Origin: Thermoplasmata archaeon
GTDB taxonomy: Archaea > Thermoplasmatota > Thermoplasmata > Lutacidiplasmatales > UBA184
DNA: 64,000 nucleotides
Assembly: GCA_035501555.1 (NCBI GenBank)
Contig: DATJWA010000027.1
Location: 256,156-320,155 of the forward strand
Reading direction: 5' to 3'
Below the pieces are notes generated by a model. That model worked only from the letters and a program-made list of their open reading frames with translations, searched no databases and had not been told where the DNA came from. Positions 1-8,821 of this stretch are shown piece by piece; the stretch's first letter is position 1; every line of letters starts with the position of its first letter. The position numbers and the translations under genes were made by a program.

Positions 1-1254
1 GACCGCCCCGTCTGCGTCGACGACCGTGAGGGAAAGGGGAGCGAATCCGCTCGCGTTGGGGGCGACGGGAAGTGTCAGCAGCCCGTCCTCGGTCAGGACC
101 TCCTGACCCGACTCGGCGCCGGCCTCGAACGACCAGGCCAGGGTGAACGGCGGCACTCCTCCGGCGATGCGAAGGTCGAAGAGGGCCGGGGCGCCGACCT
201 CCGCCTCGCCGGTGGGCGCGCTCACCTGGACCGATAGCGCCGCGGCCACCGGCTCCTCGAGCGTCTGCGTCAGAACGGGCGCCTCGCTCCCCGCGAGAGC
301 GAGGAGCGAGATCGGGAGGGGTCCGGCGGTTGTCGGGCGACAGGCGAGCTGGGGTTCCCCGCCCGAGTCGTTGGTGGAGGTCTCGCCGCAGCCGGTAAGG
401 CGCGAGTAGGCGTCGGGGGGCAGCCCGAAGAACGCTCCCGTGAACTGCACCGGCCGACCGACCTCCGCGGTCGTCGCCGAGCCGGTCACCGCGGCGGCGG
501 CCGCAGAGCTCACCTGGAGCGGCTGAGAGGTGGACGACGACGCTGCGTTTCCCAGCGAATCGACGACCGCCAGCTCGGGAGTGTACGTCCCCGTCGCAAA
601 GGTATGGGGCCAGCGGAACGGACCGGCCGCCACTCCGCGGTAGATCCCCTGGCTCCCGTCCCCCCATCGGACCGTGACGTCGTAGGGCGGGAGTCCCCCT
701 TCGATGCGACCGCTCAGGTTGGCCTGTCCTCCGTCGAGGAGGGGAGCAGGGGCCGCGGTCAGGCCGTCGACCGCGAGCGCTGCGACCTCGACCACCGAGC
801 CGAAGGCGGTCAGCAAGAGCCCGTCGGTCTGGTTGCCGCACCGGAGCACCGCCGCCGAACGAACCCCGACCGAGGCGCTCCCGGTTCGCGCGCTGGAACC
901 GGTGAAATTGACGGTCGAGACGTTCTGCCCGCTGAGCAGGCCGCCGACGGACCCCACCCCGACGAACCAGTGGAACCAGACCGGGGTGACCTCGCAGGCG
1001 GGGCTCCCGGAATTCCAGAGCGCCTGGAACGTCGTAGCGTTCCCCGCGTCGGCCCACGTCGAGTTCGGGGAAACCGTCAGGTTCGGCGCGGCCGGGAGGG
1101 GAGCTCCCGTCGAGCCCTCCACCGCGAGGGTCGGCGGCGGTGGGAGGGAGGTGGCCCCGAGGCCCGTGGGTCCGCTCAGGAGAACGAGGACGGGCACCAG
1201 GATGCCGAGGGGCGCGGCTCCGGCGCCCGTCGCTCCCCATCCGGACCCCGCCAC
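1..1254 (-). CDS. PKD-domain repeat surface/secreted protein. The N-terminal part is in the window; the gene runs off the left edge.
   Basis: Own translation of the minus strand. N-terminus has a hydrophobic signal/TM stretch (PLGILVPVLVLLSGP) then PPPP. Repeated PKD-like units follow (GGLPPYDVTVRWGDGS...HTFATGTYTPELAVVDSLGN). No in-frame stop to position 1. Putative GTG start ~1254. The gene is absent from the ORF track because it has no stop in the window. Confidence 0.55.
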   Translation of the reverse strand, partial: MAGSGWGATGAGAAPLGILVPVLVLLSGPTGLGATSLPPPPTLAVEGSTGAPLPAAPNLTVSPNSTWADAGNATTFQALWNSGSPACEVTPVWFHWFVGVGSVGGLLSGQNVSTVNFTGSSARTGSASVGVRSAAVLRCGNQTDGLLLTAFGSVVEVAALAVDGLTAAPAPLLDGGQANLSGRIEGGLPPYDVTVRWGDGSQGIYRGVAAGPFRWPHTFATGTYTPELAVVDSLGNAASSSTSQPLQVSSAAAAAVTGSATTAEVGRPVQFTGAFFGLPPDAYSRLTGCGETSTNDSGGEPQLACRPTTAGPLPISLLALAGSEAPVLTQTLEEPVAAALSVQVSAPTGEAEVGAPALFDLRIAGGVPPFTLAWSFEAGAESGQEVLTEDGLLTLPVAPNASGFAPLSLTVVDADGAV

Positions 1255-1336
1255 GAGACCACCGGCTCCTCCGAGCGGCCCCGGGTATTTCGGGCCGCAT
1301 CGCCCCGCGGAGGATGGAAGCTGGGGCGGCCGCCCT

Positions 1337-1999
1337 TCACGGCGCGAAGGTGACGAGGGCCACGTGATCGCGGGCGAACGGCGCGAGCCCGACCTCCTGA
1401 ACGGTCTGGACGCCCGCGCGCGCCAGCTCGGCCCGGGTCTCCCGGACGACCGAGGTCGCGGGGCGTCGTTGCGTGACCGATCGGACCTTCAACATCAGGA
1501 TCCCTCGGCCGCCAGCGGCGAGCGTCGCCCGGGCGTTCTCGACGAAGATCGCGGCCTGGTTTCGCTGGGCAACGTCCTGGTAGAGGAAGTCGACCTCGCC
1601 GACGTCCGCGCGATACCGCTCGGGGAGCTGGGCGTCGGCGAGGATCGGCAGAAGGTTGCGGCGCCGGCGGGCGAGCGCCAGCAGGGGAGCGAACGAGGTC
1701 GGGCTCTTCTCGACCACGAAGATCGGGGCCGGGTCCAGTACGTCCGATAGGTGGCTCGCGGTCGTCCCGTGGGCGCCTCCGAGGTAGAGGGACTTACGCG
1801 CGCCCCGCCAGAGGTCGGCCGGCGCGCCCTTCACGAGCAGCGCCGCGAGCTTGGAGCGAAACGGGTCCCAGTGGCGGTACTCCACCCCCTCGACCGTGCG
1901 GATCGTCTCGCCGTAGACCCGCTCCCCGGGGGGTCCCCGGTTCGGGGTGTAGAGGTCGCGGCCCTCGCGCAGGACCCCGGGCCAGGCGGTCGCCTCCAC
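1337..1999 (-). CDS. flpA: Fibrillarin (rRNA/tRNA 2'-O-methyltransferase).
   Basis: C-terminal 220 aa of ORF 1337..3379 match fibrillarin (VYGE..EYRHWDPFRSKLAA..LYLGGAHGTTASHLSDV..DVAQRNQAAI..FARDHVALV). Likely GTG start at 1999. The upstream remainder of the ORF is Arg-rich junk. Confidence 0.85.
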   Translation of the reverse strand: MEATAWPGVLREGRDLYTPNRGPPGERVYGETIRTVEGVEYRHWDPFRSKLAALLVKGAPADLWRGARKSLYLGGAHGTTASHLSDVLDPAPIFVVEKSPTSFAPLLALARRRRNLLPILADAQLPERYRADVGEVDFLYQDVAQRNQAAIFVENARATLAAGGRGILMLKVRSVTQRRPATSVVRETRAELARAGVQTVQEVGLAPFARDHVALVTFAP

Positions 2000-2007
2000 G
2001 GAAGCCC

Positions 2008-2472
2008 CTAGCCGACCTCGGCGACGAGCTCGACCTCGACCGGTGCGTTCAACGGGAGGGCGGGCACCCCCACGGCAGCCCGGGCCGGACGCCCGGCCTC
2101 CCCGAAGACCTCGACCAGCAGGTCGGTCGCCCCGTTGGCGACCTCGTGCTGCCGGAAGAACCCGGGGGAGGAGGCGACGAAGACCCCCACCCGAAGGATG
2201 CGGACGACCCGGTCGAGCGAGCCGAGAGCGGCGGCCAAGGCACTGAGCGCTTGAAGCGCGGCGCGCCGGGCGAGCTCGCTCGCGACGGCCGCGGGGACGT
2301 CCCGGTCGACGAGGCCGGGGTGCGCGACCCCGTCCCCCTCCGTGACGATCTGACCGGAAACGAAGGCGAGCCCTCCGTGGACCGTGACCGGGACGTACGT
2401 CCCTTTCGGAGTCGGCGGGGGGGGCAGTGTGAGCCCCAACTCTAGGAGCCGGGCGGAGGGAGAAGAGGGCAT
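2008..2472 (-). CDS. ridA: RidA/YjgF family reactive-intermediate deaminase.
   Basis: C-terminal 154 aa of ORF 2008..3012 (…TYVPVTVHGGLAFVSGQ…RPARAAVGVPALPLNAPVEVELVA) match RidA. ATG at 2472. Confidence 0.75.
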   Translation of the reverse strand: MPSSPSARLLELGLTLPPPPTPKGTYVPVTVHGGLAFVSGQIVTEGDGVAHPGLVDRDVPAAVASELARRAALQALSALAAALGSLDRVVRILRVGVFVASSPGFFRQHEVANGATDLLVEVFGEAGRPARAAVGVPALPLNAPVEVELVAEVG

Positions 2473-2555
2473 GGGCGCCTTCAACCCGCGGGACGGAAAA
2501 CGGGTGCGCCTGTGGGTCGGCAGGGCTAAGAACGGGCCTCGGGTGCCACCGGGCG

Positions 2556-2996
2556 ATGTCCTTCTTCCGCCGGCTTCGCCGGGACAAGGAGGAGCCCTCG
2601 GACGAGCCCGCGCCCAAGGCTCCCTCCGAAAAGCCGGCGCCCGCGCCCTCTGAAGCCCCGGCTCCGGCTCCGACCGCTCCCGACGAGAAGGCGGCGAGCC
2701 CGGCTCCAGTCCCTGCACCTGAGGCGGAAGCGGCCCCCGCGCCGGCCTCCCCGCCCGCTGGGCCGGCCGCCCCGGAACCCGTCGTGCCGAGCGGTGAGCC
2801 CGCCACCCCACCACCGGGTCCGGCGCCTTCCCCCGGGCCGCCGGTCTCGGCGGCCCCACCGCCCCTTCCCAGCCCCGGCCCTGTCTCCCCGGTCGCCCCG
2901 GCGGCGCGGATGACCCCCCTGTCGCTCTGCTTCGTCTGCGGGACTCCGCTCGAAGCCAAGTACTGCCCGACCTGCAAGATCGCCTGGGTCGAGTGA
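2556..2996 (+). CDS. Pro/Ala-rich low-complexity protein with C-terminal CxxC…CxxC zinc ribbon.
   Basis: ORF MSFFRRL… ending CFVCGTPLEAKYCPTCKIAWVE. Divergent from ridA. Low complexity, so only modest support. Confidence 0.4.
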   Translation: MSFFRRLRRDKEEPSDEPAPKAPSEKPAPAPSEAPAPAPTAPDEKAASPAPVPAPEAEAAPAPASPPAGPAAPEPVVPSGEPATPPPGPAPSPGPPVSAAPPPLPSPGPVSPVAPAARMTPLSLCFVCGTPLEAKYCPTCKIAWVE

Positions 2997-3059
2997 GACC
3001 CACGCGTCTCATCGGGCGCGTACTGTTTTGACCTCACTCCGCTGAGGACGCATCGTACC

Positions 3060-4691
3060 ATGGGCACCTCCTCGAGCGTTGCGGAGCTCGCCGTCCTCGA
3101 ACGAGCCGTCGTCGACCACGTGTTCGCCCTCCAGCCGGGGTACGCGGTCGGCCTCGGGTTGCACGAGTACGACGGGCGGGTACCGGACCTCTCCCCGGAG
3201 GGGACGGACCGGTGGGCCCGGGGGGCCGACCAGCTGCTGAGCCGGCTCGCGGCCCTGGACGAGGGCGGGTTGCCCGATGGACAGCGCGTGGACCGGTTCC
3301 TCCTCCGCCTGCTCCTCGAGAGTCCCCTCTTCGACCTCCGGGAGTCGTTCCAGCTCGACCGGAACCCGATGTCGTACATGGGCGGGGTGGCGTTGACGCC
3401 CTACCTCGTCCGAGACTACTCCCCCGTGCCCGACCGGGTCCGATCGATCGTCCAGATCCTCGAGCAGATCCCCCACATCCTCGACGTCGGCCGTCGCCGG
3501 CTCGTCGGGCCGATGCCGAAGCCATACGTCGAGCTCGCGATCTCGATGGGGTCCGGACTGCCCGGCCACCTGGACGAGGTGGAAGCGTTTGCGGCCCGGG
3601 CCGGCCTCGAGACGACGGTGCGCACTGCCCGGATCCCGGCCCAGGCAGCGATCGATGGCTTCCGGAACTGGCTGAAGGAGGACGTGCTCCCCCGGTCGGT
3701 CCCCGATTTCGCGCTCGGCGCGGCCCGCTACCAGCGGCTCCTCTTCGTCCGCGAAGGGCTCGAGACGCCGACCGCCGCCCTCCAGAAGGCGGGTGCGGCG
3801 GACCTGGCCCGCAACCAGGCGCGGCTCGCGGAGATCGCCAAAGAGGAGAAGCTCTCCGTCGACGCGCTGCTCGCGCGCCTCGGGGCGGACCATCCGAACG
3901 CCTCCGAGGTGGTCGCCACCGCCTCCCGGTTCGTGACGGAGACTCGGGAGTTCGTCCGGTCGAAGGGCCTCGTCTCGATCCCCGAGTCGGTGATGGTCCG
4001 GGTCGAGGAGACCCCGTTGTGGGGTCGAGCCCTCTCGACGGCGAGCATGGACTCCCCGGGTCCGTTCGACCCGACCCCCGAGGGGGTCTACTACGTGACC
4101 CCCGTCGACGCCGCGTGGAGCCCGACCCAGCAGGAGGAGTGGCTCCGTTCGTTCAACCGGACCCTTCTGCGGAACATCACGGTCCACGAGGTCTTCCCCG
4201 GCCACTACCTCCAGTTCCTCCACCTTCGTGCGGCCGAGGCGAGCCTCACGCGTCGCGTGTTCCGCTCCTCGTCGTTCATCGAAGGGTGGGCGCACTACAC
4301 CGAGCAGCTCGCGATCGAGGCCGGCCTCGGGGCTCCCCGGCACGACGCCGAGGTCGGGGAAATCCACGACGCCCTCCTGCGGGACTGCCGGCTCCTCTCG
4401 TCCATCGGGCTCCACACCGAAGGCTGGTCGGTCGAGCGGTCGACCCAGCTGTTCATGCACGAGGCCCACTTCGACCGCCTGCCGGCCGAGCGCGAGGCGA
4501 TGCGCGGGACGTTCGACCCGGAGTACTTCTGCTACACGCTCGGGAAGCTCGCGATCCTGAGCGCGCGCTCGAAGCTGCTCGCCTCCCACTTCGGGGGGAG
4601 CTTGCTGCGGTTCCACGATACCCTCCTCGCGCTCGGATGCCCGCCCGTGGGTCTCCTCGAAGGCCTGCTCGAAGGCGCGAAGGCCGGCTGA
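3060..4691 (+). CDS. DUF885 family putative metallopeptidase.
   Basis: 543-aa ORF with HEVFPGHYLQ (HExxPGH) and the overall DUF885 pattern. The overlapping minus ORF 3009..5192 is Arg-rich junk. Confidence 0.8.
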   Translation: MGTSSSVAELAVLERAVVDHVFALQPGYAVGLGLHEYDGRVPDLSPEGTDRWARGADQLLSRLAALDEGGLPDGQRVDRFLLRLLLESPLFDLRESFQLDRNPMSYMGGVALTPYLVRDYSPVPDRVRSIVQILEQIPHILDVGRRRLVGPMPKPYVELAISMGSGLPGHLDEVEAFAARAGLETTVRTARIPAQAAIDGFRNWLKEDVLPRSVPDFALGAARYQRLLFVREGLETPTAALQKAGAADLARNQARLAEIAKEEKLSVDALLARLGADHPNASEVVATASRFVTETREFVRSKGLVSIPESVMVRVEETPLWGRALSTASMDSPGPFDPTPEGVYYVTPVDAAWSPTQQEEWLRSFNRTLLRNITVHEVFPGHYLQFLHLRAAEASLTRRVFRSSSFIEGWAHYTEQLAIEAGLGAPRHDAEVGEIHDALLRDCRLLSSIGLHTEGWSVERSTQLFMHEAHFDRLPAEREAMRGTFDPEYFCYTLGKLAILSARSKLLASHFGGSLLRFHDTLLALGCPPVGLLEGLLEGAKAG

Positions 4692-4761
4692 GGCACCGCC
4701 TCGGCCCCCCTGGACGAGGAGCGAACGGTTATTCCGTGGGCGAGCCCTTCCGCTCGCCGAG

Positions 4762-5859
4762 ATGCCCCGGGCCCCCCGAAAGGCGCCGCTGAGCGTCCAG
4801 GTCGCCGCCGTCGTCCCGCTCTCGCGGACCGAGGCGTTCTCGGTCACCGTCGAGGAGCTCAAGGAGGCCCTCGGCCGCCTCGGGGTCGAGTTCTCCCCGG
4901 GCGCGAAGGGCGGGGTGACCGAGCGCGGGACGAAGGTCGGCGAGGTCGAGGCCTGGGTACCCCGGGAGCGCGTACGCCTCGCGTGGCACCCGGCTCCCTG
5001 GAAACCCGACGAGGCGACGACCGTCGAGCTCCGGTTCGAGGACGTGCCGGGGGGAACGAAGGTCACGGTCGAGCACCGGGGAGGGCAGCCCGTGTTCGGG
5101 GAGGCGAACGAGGCCGCGGGGTGGGTCGCCGGCGGCGCCTTCGCACCGTTCCTGAGAAGCCTGACGCCCTCCGCGCTCGGGGACTGGGTCACCGACCGCG
5201 CGGCCCGGCGCCCTTCCGGTCGGCGGGCCCGGGACGTCTACTCCGACCCGGTGTACCATCGCCCGAACTTCGCGCTCCTCCTCGAGGCCCTGGAGCTCGG
5301 GCCGAAGGACCGTCTCCTCGAGGTCGGATGCGGGGGCGGGGCGTTCCTGCACGAGGCGCTCGAGAGCGGCTGCCGCGCCACGGCGGTCGACCACAGCCCC
5401 GAGATGGTCCGACTGGCGCGGGAGGGCAACCGCGAGGCGGTCGACGCCGGCCGTCTCGAGGTGATCGAGGCGGAGGCGAGCCAGTTGCCGGTTCCCGGGG
5501 ATACGTTCACCTGCGCCGTCTCGACCGGGGTCCTCGGGTTCCTCCCCCATCCTCTCGAGACCCTGCAGGAGGTGCACCGGGCGCTCGTGATGGGCGGCCG
5601 GTTCGCGCTCTTCGCGGGTACCCGCGAGCTCGTGGGGACCCCGGGGTGCCCGGAGCCGATCGCCGCGCGGGTCCGCTTCTACGAGGACGACGAGCTCGAG
5701 CAGCTCGCCCGGTCGGCCGGCTTCCGCGACGCCGAGGTGCGGCGCCCGGACCTGACGCGCTACGCGGTGGCCCTCGGACTTCCCGACGAGGTCGTCGCGG
5801 TCTTCCGCGGGAACTCGCGGGGCGGGCAGCTCCTCCTCGGCCACAAGGCCCGGCTCTGA
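4762..5859 (+). CDS. SRPBCC/AHSA1-like domain fused to a class I SAM-dependent methyltransferase.
   Basis: N-terminal Aha1-like fold. C-terminal motif I LLEVGCGGGAF plus the downstream methyltransferase motifs. Confidence 0.75.
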   Translation: MPRAPRKAPLSVQVAAVVPLSRTEAFSVTVEELKEALGRLGVEFSPGAKGGVTERGTKVGEVEAWVPRERVRLAWHPAPWKPDEATTVELRFEDVPGGTKVTVEHRGGQPVFGEANEAAGWVAGGAFAPFLRSLTPSALGDWVTDRAARRPSGRRARDVYSDPVYHRPNFALLLEALELGPKDRLLEVGCGGGAFLHEALESGCRATAVDHSPEMVRLAREGNREAVDAGRLEVIEAEASQLPVPGDTFTCAVSTGVLGFLPHPLETLQEVHRALVMGGRFALFAGTRELVGTPGCPEPIAARVRFYEDDELEQLARSAGFRDAEVRRPDLTRYAVALGLPDEVVAVFRGNSRGGQLLLGHKARL

Positions 5860-5894
5860 CCGGGGCCCCGGGGGGCGACGGACCCTCGCCGACG

Positions 5895-6437
5895 CTAACG
5901 CCGAGCCATCCAGCCCTGGTGTTCGAGCTCGCGGAGGATGTGCTCGGCCGACTCGGCCGGGCGGAGGAGCACCGTGTCGACGATGATGTCGGGGTGGTCC
6001 GGGGCCTCGTACGGGTCGTCGACCCCGGTGAACGCCGTGATCTCGCCGGCTCGCGCCCGGCGGTACAGCCCCTTCACGTCGCGCTCCTCGCAGACGCCGA
6101 CCGGGGTGGAGACGTACACCTCGACAAACCGGCCGATCTCGGCGCGCGCCGCGGCGCGGGAGGTGCGGTACGGGGAGATGAGCGCGACGATGGGGATCGC
6201 CCCGTTCCGGGCGAGGAGCTTGGCGCAGAAGGCGACGCGCCCCGCGTGCGTCTCCCGCGACTTACGGTCGAAGCCGAGGTCGGCGCTGAGGCCCCGTCGG
6301 ACCTCGTCCCCGTCCAGGAGCTCGGCATACCAGCCCCGGTCTACGAGCCGCGGCAGCAGCTCGCGGGCGATCGTCGTCTTTCCGGCGGAGGGAAGCCCGG
6401 TCAGCCAGATGCAGAATCCTGGTGGTCCTCGTGCCAT
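5895..6437 (-). CDS. cysC: Adenylylsulfate kinase (APS kinase).
   Basis: IWLTGLPSAGKTT P-loop, LDGDEVRRGL..DLGFDR..R.ENIRR, ISPY motif. 180 aa. Confidence 0.9.
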   Translation of the reverse strand: MARGPPGFCIWLTGLPSAGKTTIARELLPRLVDRGWYAELLDGDEVRRGLSADLGFDRKSRETHAGRVAFCAKLLARNGAIPIVALISPYRTSRAAARAEIGRFVEVYVSTPVGVCEERDVKGLYRRARAGEITAFTGVDDPYEAPDHPDIIVDTVLLRPAESAEHILRELEHQGWMARR

Positions 6438-6452
6438 CGATGTTCTCCTTCC

Positions 6453-7607
6453 TCAGACGATCGTCACGTTCGGCCGCCGCAGGATCTCCGCGACCTCGGG
6501 TCGGAGGATCTCGGGCGGAAGGGGAGCGCCGGAGGCGAGCGCCTGGCGGATGCGGCTCTGGCTCGTCTCCGCGCGCTCGGAGACCGGATGGGCGCACGTC
6601 TTGCCGCTCGCCATCCAGCCGCACCTCCGACAGAAGAACGACTCGTCGTACCGCGCCGGCACGACGCCGACGTCGAACGCGTCGAAGATCCGGTGGCAGG
6701 CGTACGGCTCGTAGTACTTTCCGACCCCGGCCTGGTCCCGACCCACGATGTAGACCCCACAGCCGTAGTTCCGGCGGACGATCGCGAGGAAGAGCGCCGC
6801 CTTGGGGCCGCCGTAGCGCATCGTGATCGTCAGCGGGGCCATCATCACTCGATTCGCCGGATAGTAGTGGCGGACGAGCGCGTCGTAGGCCTCGAGGATC
6901 ACCTCCGGGCGGTAGTCCCCCTTCTTGAGGCGCCCGACGACCGGGTGGATCAAGAGGCCGTCCACATCCTCCCGCTCGAGCGTCAGGCGCTGGATGTACT
7001 CGTGGGCGGTGTGCGGGGGGTTCCGGCACTGGTAGGCGGCGACGCGCGACCACCCCCGGCGGGAGAACTCTTCCCGCGTCTCGGCCGGGGTCGGCTCGGC
7101 GCGCTCCCAAGGAGGGAGCAGCCGGTGCACGAGGTCGACCCGCCCGGCCCACGCCGTCTCGCCGCCGGCCAGAAGGTCCGCGACGTTGGGATGGGCCGGG
7201 TCCTCGGTGCCGTAGGTGGCCTGAGCGATCGCCCGTCGGTCGAGCGGGAAGACCTCGTCGACGTGGAGGACGGCGATCAACCGGTCTTGGGCGTCGAGCA
7301 GGCCGACCTCGTCGCCGGCCCGCACGGACGCGGCTGCGGGCGAGTCCGAAGGAACCGGGAAGTGGATCGGGATCGACCACGGGAGGCCGTTCGGCAGCCG
7401 TCCGGTGGTCGTCACGGACCGGACGGTCTCCGAGTCCATGAACCCCTCGAGCGGGCTGTAGGCGCCAATCCCGATCTTCTCCGCGTCGTACAGCTGGTCG
7501 ATCGCCGGGTGGACCGTGACGAGCTGGGCGCGCTCGCCGTCCCGACGGTCTCGCGCGGGCTCGGTCAGCTCCCGCTGGACGAGGCGCCCGCCGTACGGGT
7601 CGATCAT
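6453..7607 (-). CDS. sat: Sulfate adenylyltransferase (ATP sulfurylase).
   Basis: Internal start MIDPYGGRLV at 7607. QCRNPPHTAHE (QTRNxxHRAH-type motif) and GRDQAGVG motif. The upstream part of ORF 6453..8336 is junk. Confidence 0.9.
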   Translation of the reverse strand: MIDPYGGRLVQRELTEPARDRRDGERAQLVTVHPAIDQLYDAEKIGIGAYSPLEGFMDSETVRSVTTTGRLPNGLPWSIPIHFPVPSDSPAAASVRAGDEVGLLDAQDRLIAVLHVDEVFPLDRRAIAQATYGTEDPAHPNVADLLAGGETAWAGRVDLVHRLLPPWERAEPTPAETREEFSRRGWSRVAAYQCRNPPHTAHEYIQRLTLEREDVDGLLIHPVVGRLKKGDYRPEVILEAYDALVRHYYPANRVMMAPLTITMRYGGPKAALFLAIVRRNYGCGVYIVGRDQAGVGKYYEPYACHRIFDAFDVGVVPARYDESFFCRRCGWMASGKTCAHPVSERAETSQSRIRQALASGAPLPPEILRPEVAEILRRPNVTIV

Positions 7608-7651
7608 CGAGCTCCCTCTCCCAGAAAGGCGGGCCACTGAGACCTGGGCGC

Positions 7652-8416
7652 TTAAGAGCCCTCGGGAGCGGAGGGCGGCGGCCAGGTCGAGCTGGGCGGG
7701 TGGCCGGCCGTGAGCGAGTGGATCCCGCACTCGAGTTTCCCACGTCCGCGCCAACGCCCCGCGCGTTCCCCTTCGCCGGGGGCGACGGGCGACGTGCAGG
7801 GGGCGCACCCGACGCTCGAGTACCCCCGGGCCCACAGCGGGTGGCGGGGGAGGTCGTGGGCGTCCAGGTACCCCTCGACCTGCTCGAGCGACCAGGCGAC
7901 CAGGGGATTGACCTTGAAGAGACCGACCCCCGCTTCCAGCTCCTGCCACTCGACCACCGGAGTCCCTTGGCGTCCGGCGTGCTGGCTGCGGCGCAGTCCG
8001 GTCATCCACGCCGTGCGACCGTTCAGCGCCCGGTGGAGGGGTTCGACCTTCCGGATCGCGCAGCAGCGGTCGGGGTCGCGGGCGTACAGGTCGGTTCCGT
8101 ACCGAGCCTCCAGTTCGTCGGCAGAGAGGGCCGGCCGCACGTCCACGAGGTTGAGGTCCCACTCGCAGCGCAGCCGGTCCCGGAACGCGAGCGTTTCGGG
8201 GAAGTGGCAGCCGGTCTCGAGGAATAGGACCGGGATGTCGGGTCGGACCCTCCGGGCGATGTCGAGGACCACGAGACCGTCCTTGCCGAACCCCGAGGCG
8301 ATCACGAGCCCGCGGCCGAACTGCCCGCTCGCCCACCGGATGACCTCGTCCGGCCCGCTCCCCTCGAGCCCGCGCGACCAGTTCGCGGCCTCCTCGACGC
8401 GTCCGAGCGATGCCAT
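7652..8416 (-). CDS. cysH: APS/PAPS reductase (thioredoxin-dependent, Fe-S type).
   Basis: Internal start MASLGRVEE at 8416. PAPS_reduct fold, CC…CAPC cysteine pairs, C-terminal KLECGIH. Confidence 0.85.
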   Translation of the reverse strand: MASLGRVEEAANWSRGLEGSGPDEVIRWASGQFGRGLVIASGFGKDGLVVLDIARRVRPDIPVLFLETGCHFPETLAFRDRLRCEWDLNLVDVRPALSADELEARYGTDLYARDPDRCCAIRKVEPLHRALNGRTAWMTGLRRSQHAGRQGTPVVEWQELEAGVGLFKVNPLVAWSLEQVEGYLDAHDLPRHPLWARGYSSVGCAPCTSPVAPGEGERAGRWRGRGKLECGIHSLTAGHPPSSTWPPPSAPEGS

Positions 8417-8576
8417 GACGCCGGGTTCACGGCCGCCGACGGTATTTGGGGGCGGAGGAACGTGCGGAAACCGCACGGCCCGGCAAAACCGGCGCGCCCG
8501 GGGTCCGTGAGCCCGGACCGTCTCCCAACCAGAACGCCTATGTCGGGGAAGACGACTCCCGCTGCGGGTGTCCGCC

Positions 8577-8774
8577 ATGGTGCAGAAAGTGAGCGAGATC
8601 GTGGGAGTTTCGACCGAAGGATTTGCCCGGGCCGCCGAGAATGCGGTGAAGACCGCCGCCAAGACCGTCCGCAACCTGCGCTGGTTCCGGGTGACCGAGC
8701 TCGAAGGGAGCATCAAGGACCAGAAGGTCGTGGAGTACCACGCGACGGTCAAGATCTACTTCGACCTCGAGTAG
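8577..8774 (+). CDS. Dodecin family flavin-binding protein.
   Basis: MVQKVSEIVGVSTEGF…WFRVTELEGSI…TVKIYFDLE, ~66 aa. An alternative GTG start at 8568 is possible. Confidence 0.8.
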   Translation: MVQKVSEIVGVSTEGFARAAENAVKTAAKTVRNLRWFRVTELEGSIKDQKVVEYHATVKIYFDLE

Positions 8775-8821
8775 TCGTTCGGACGTGGGCACGGCCGAGG
8801 TCCCCGGCTCGCGGCCCTCGC

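Noticed and set aside
1999-3379. Upstream extension of the fibrillarin ORF (would give a 680-aa protein) and the possibility of a nop5 gene there.
   Set aside because: The sequence upstream of the fibrillarin core is Gly/Ala/Arg low complexity with no Nop5/Nop56 motifs. The region instead holds RidA (minus) and a zinc-ribbon ORF (plus).
3009-5192. 727-aa minus-strand ORF overlapping the DUF885 and SRPBCC-methyltransferase genes.
   Set aside because: Extremely Arg/Pro/Gly-rich with no domain-like segments. It is the antisense of well-supported genes. This is the typical stop-codon-poor frame of a ~67% GC genome.
4983-7640. 885-aa plus-strand ORF spanning the cysC–sat region.
   Set aside because: Antisense to the convincingly conserved cysC and sat genes. 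Low-complexity RG/RP composition.
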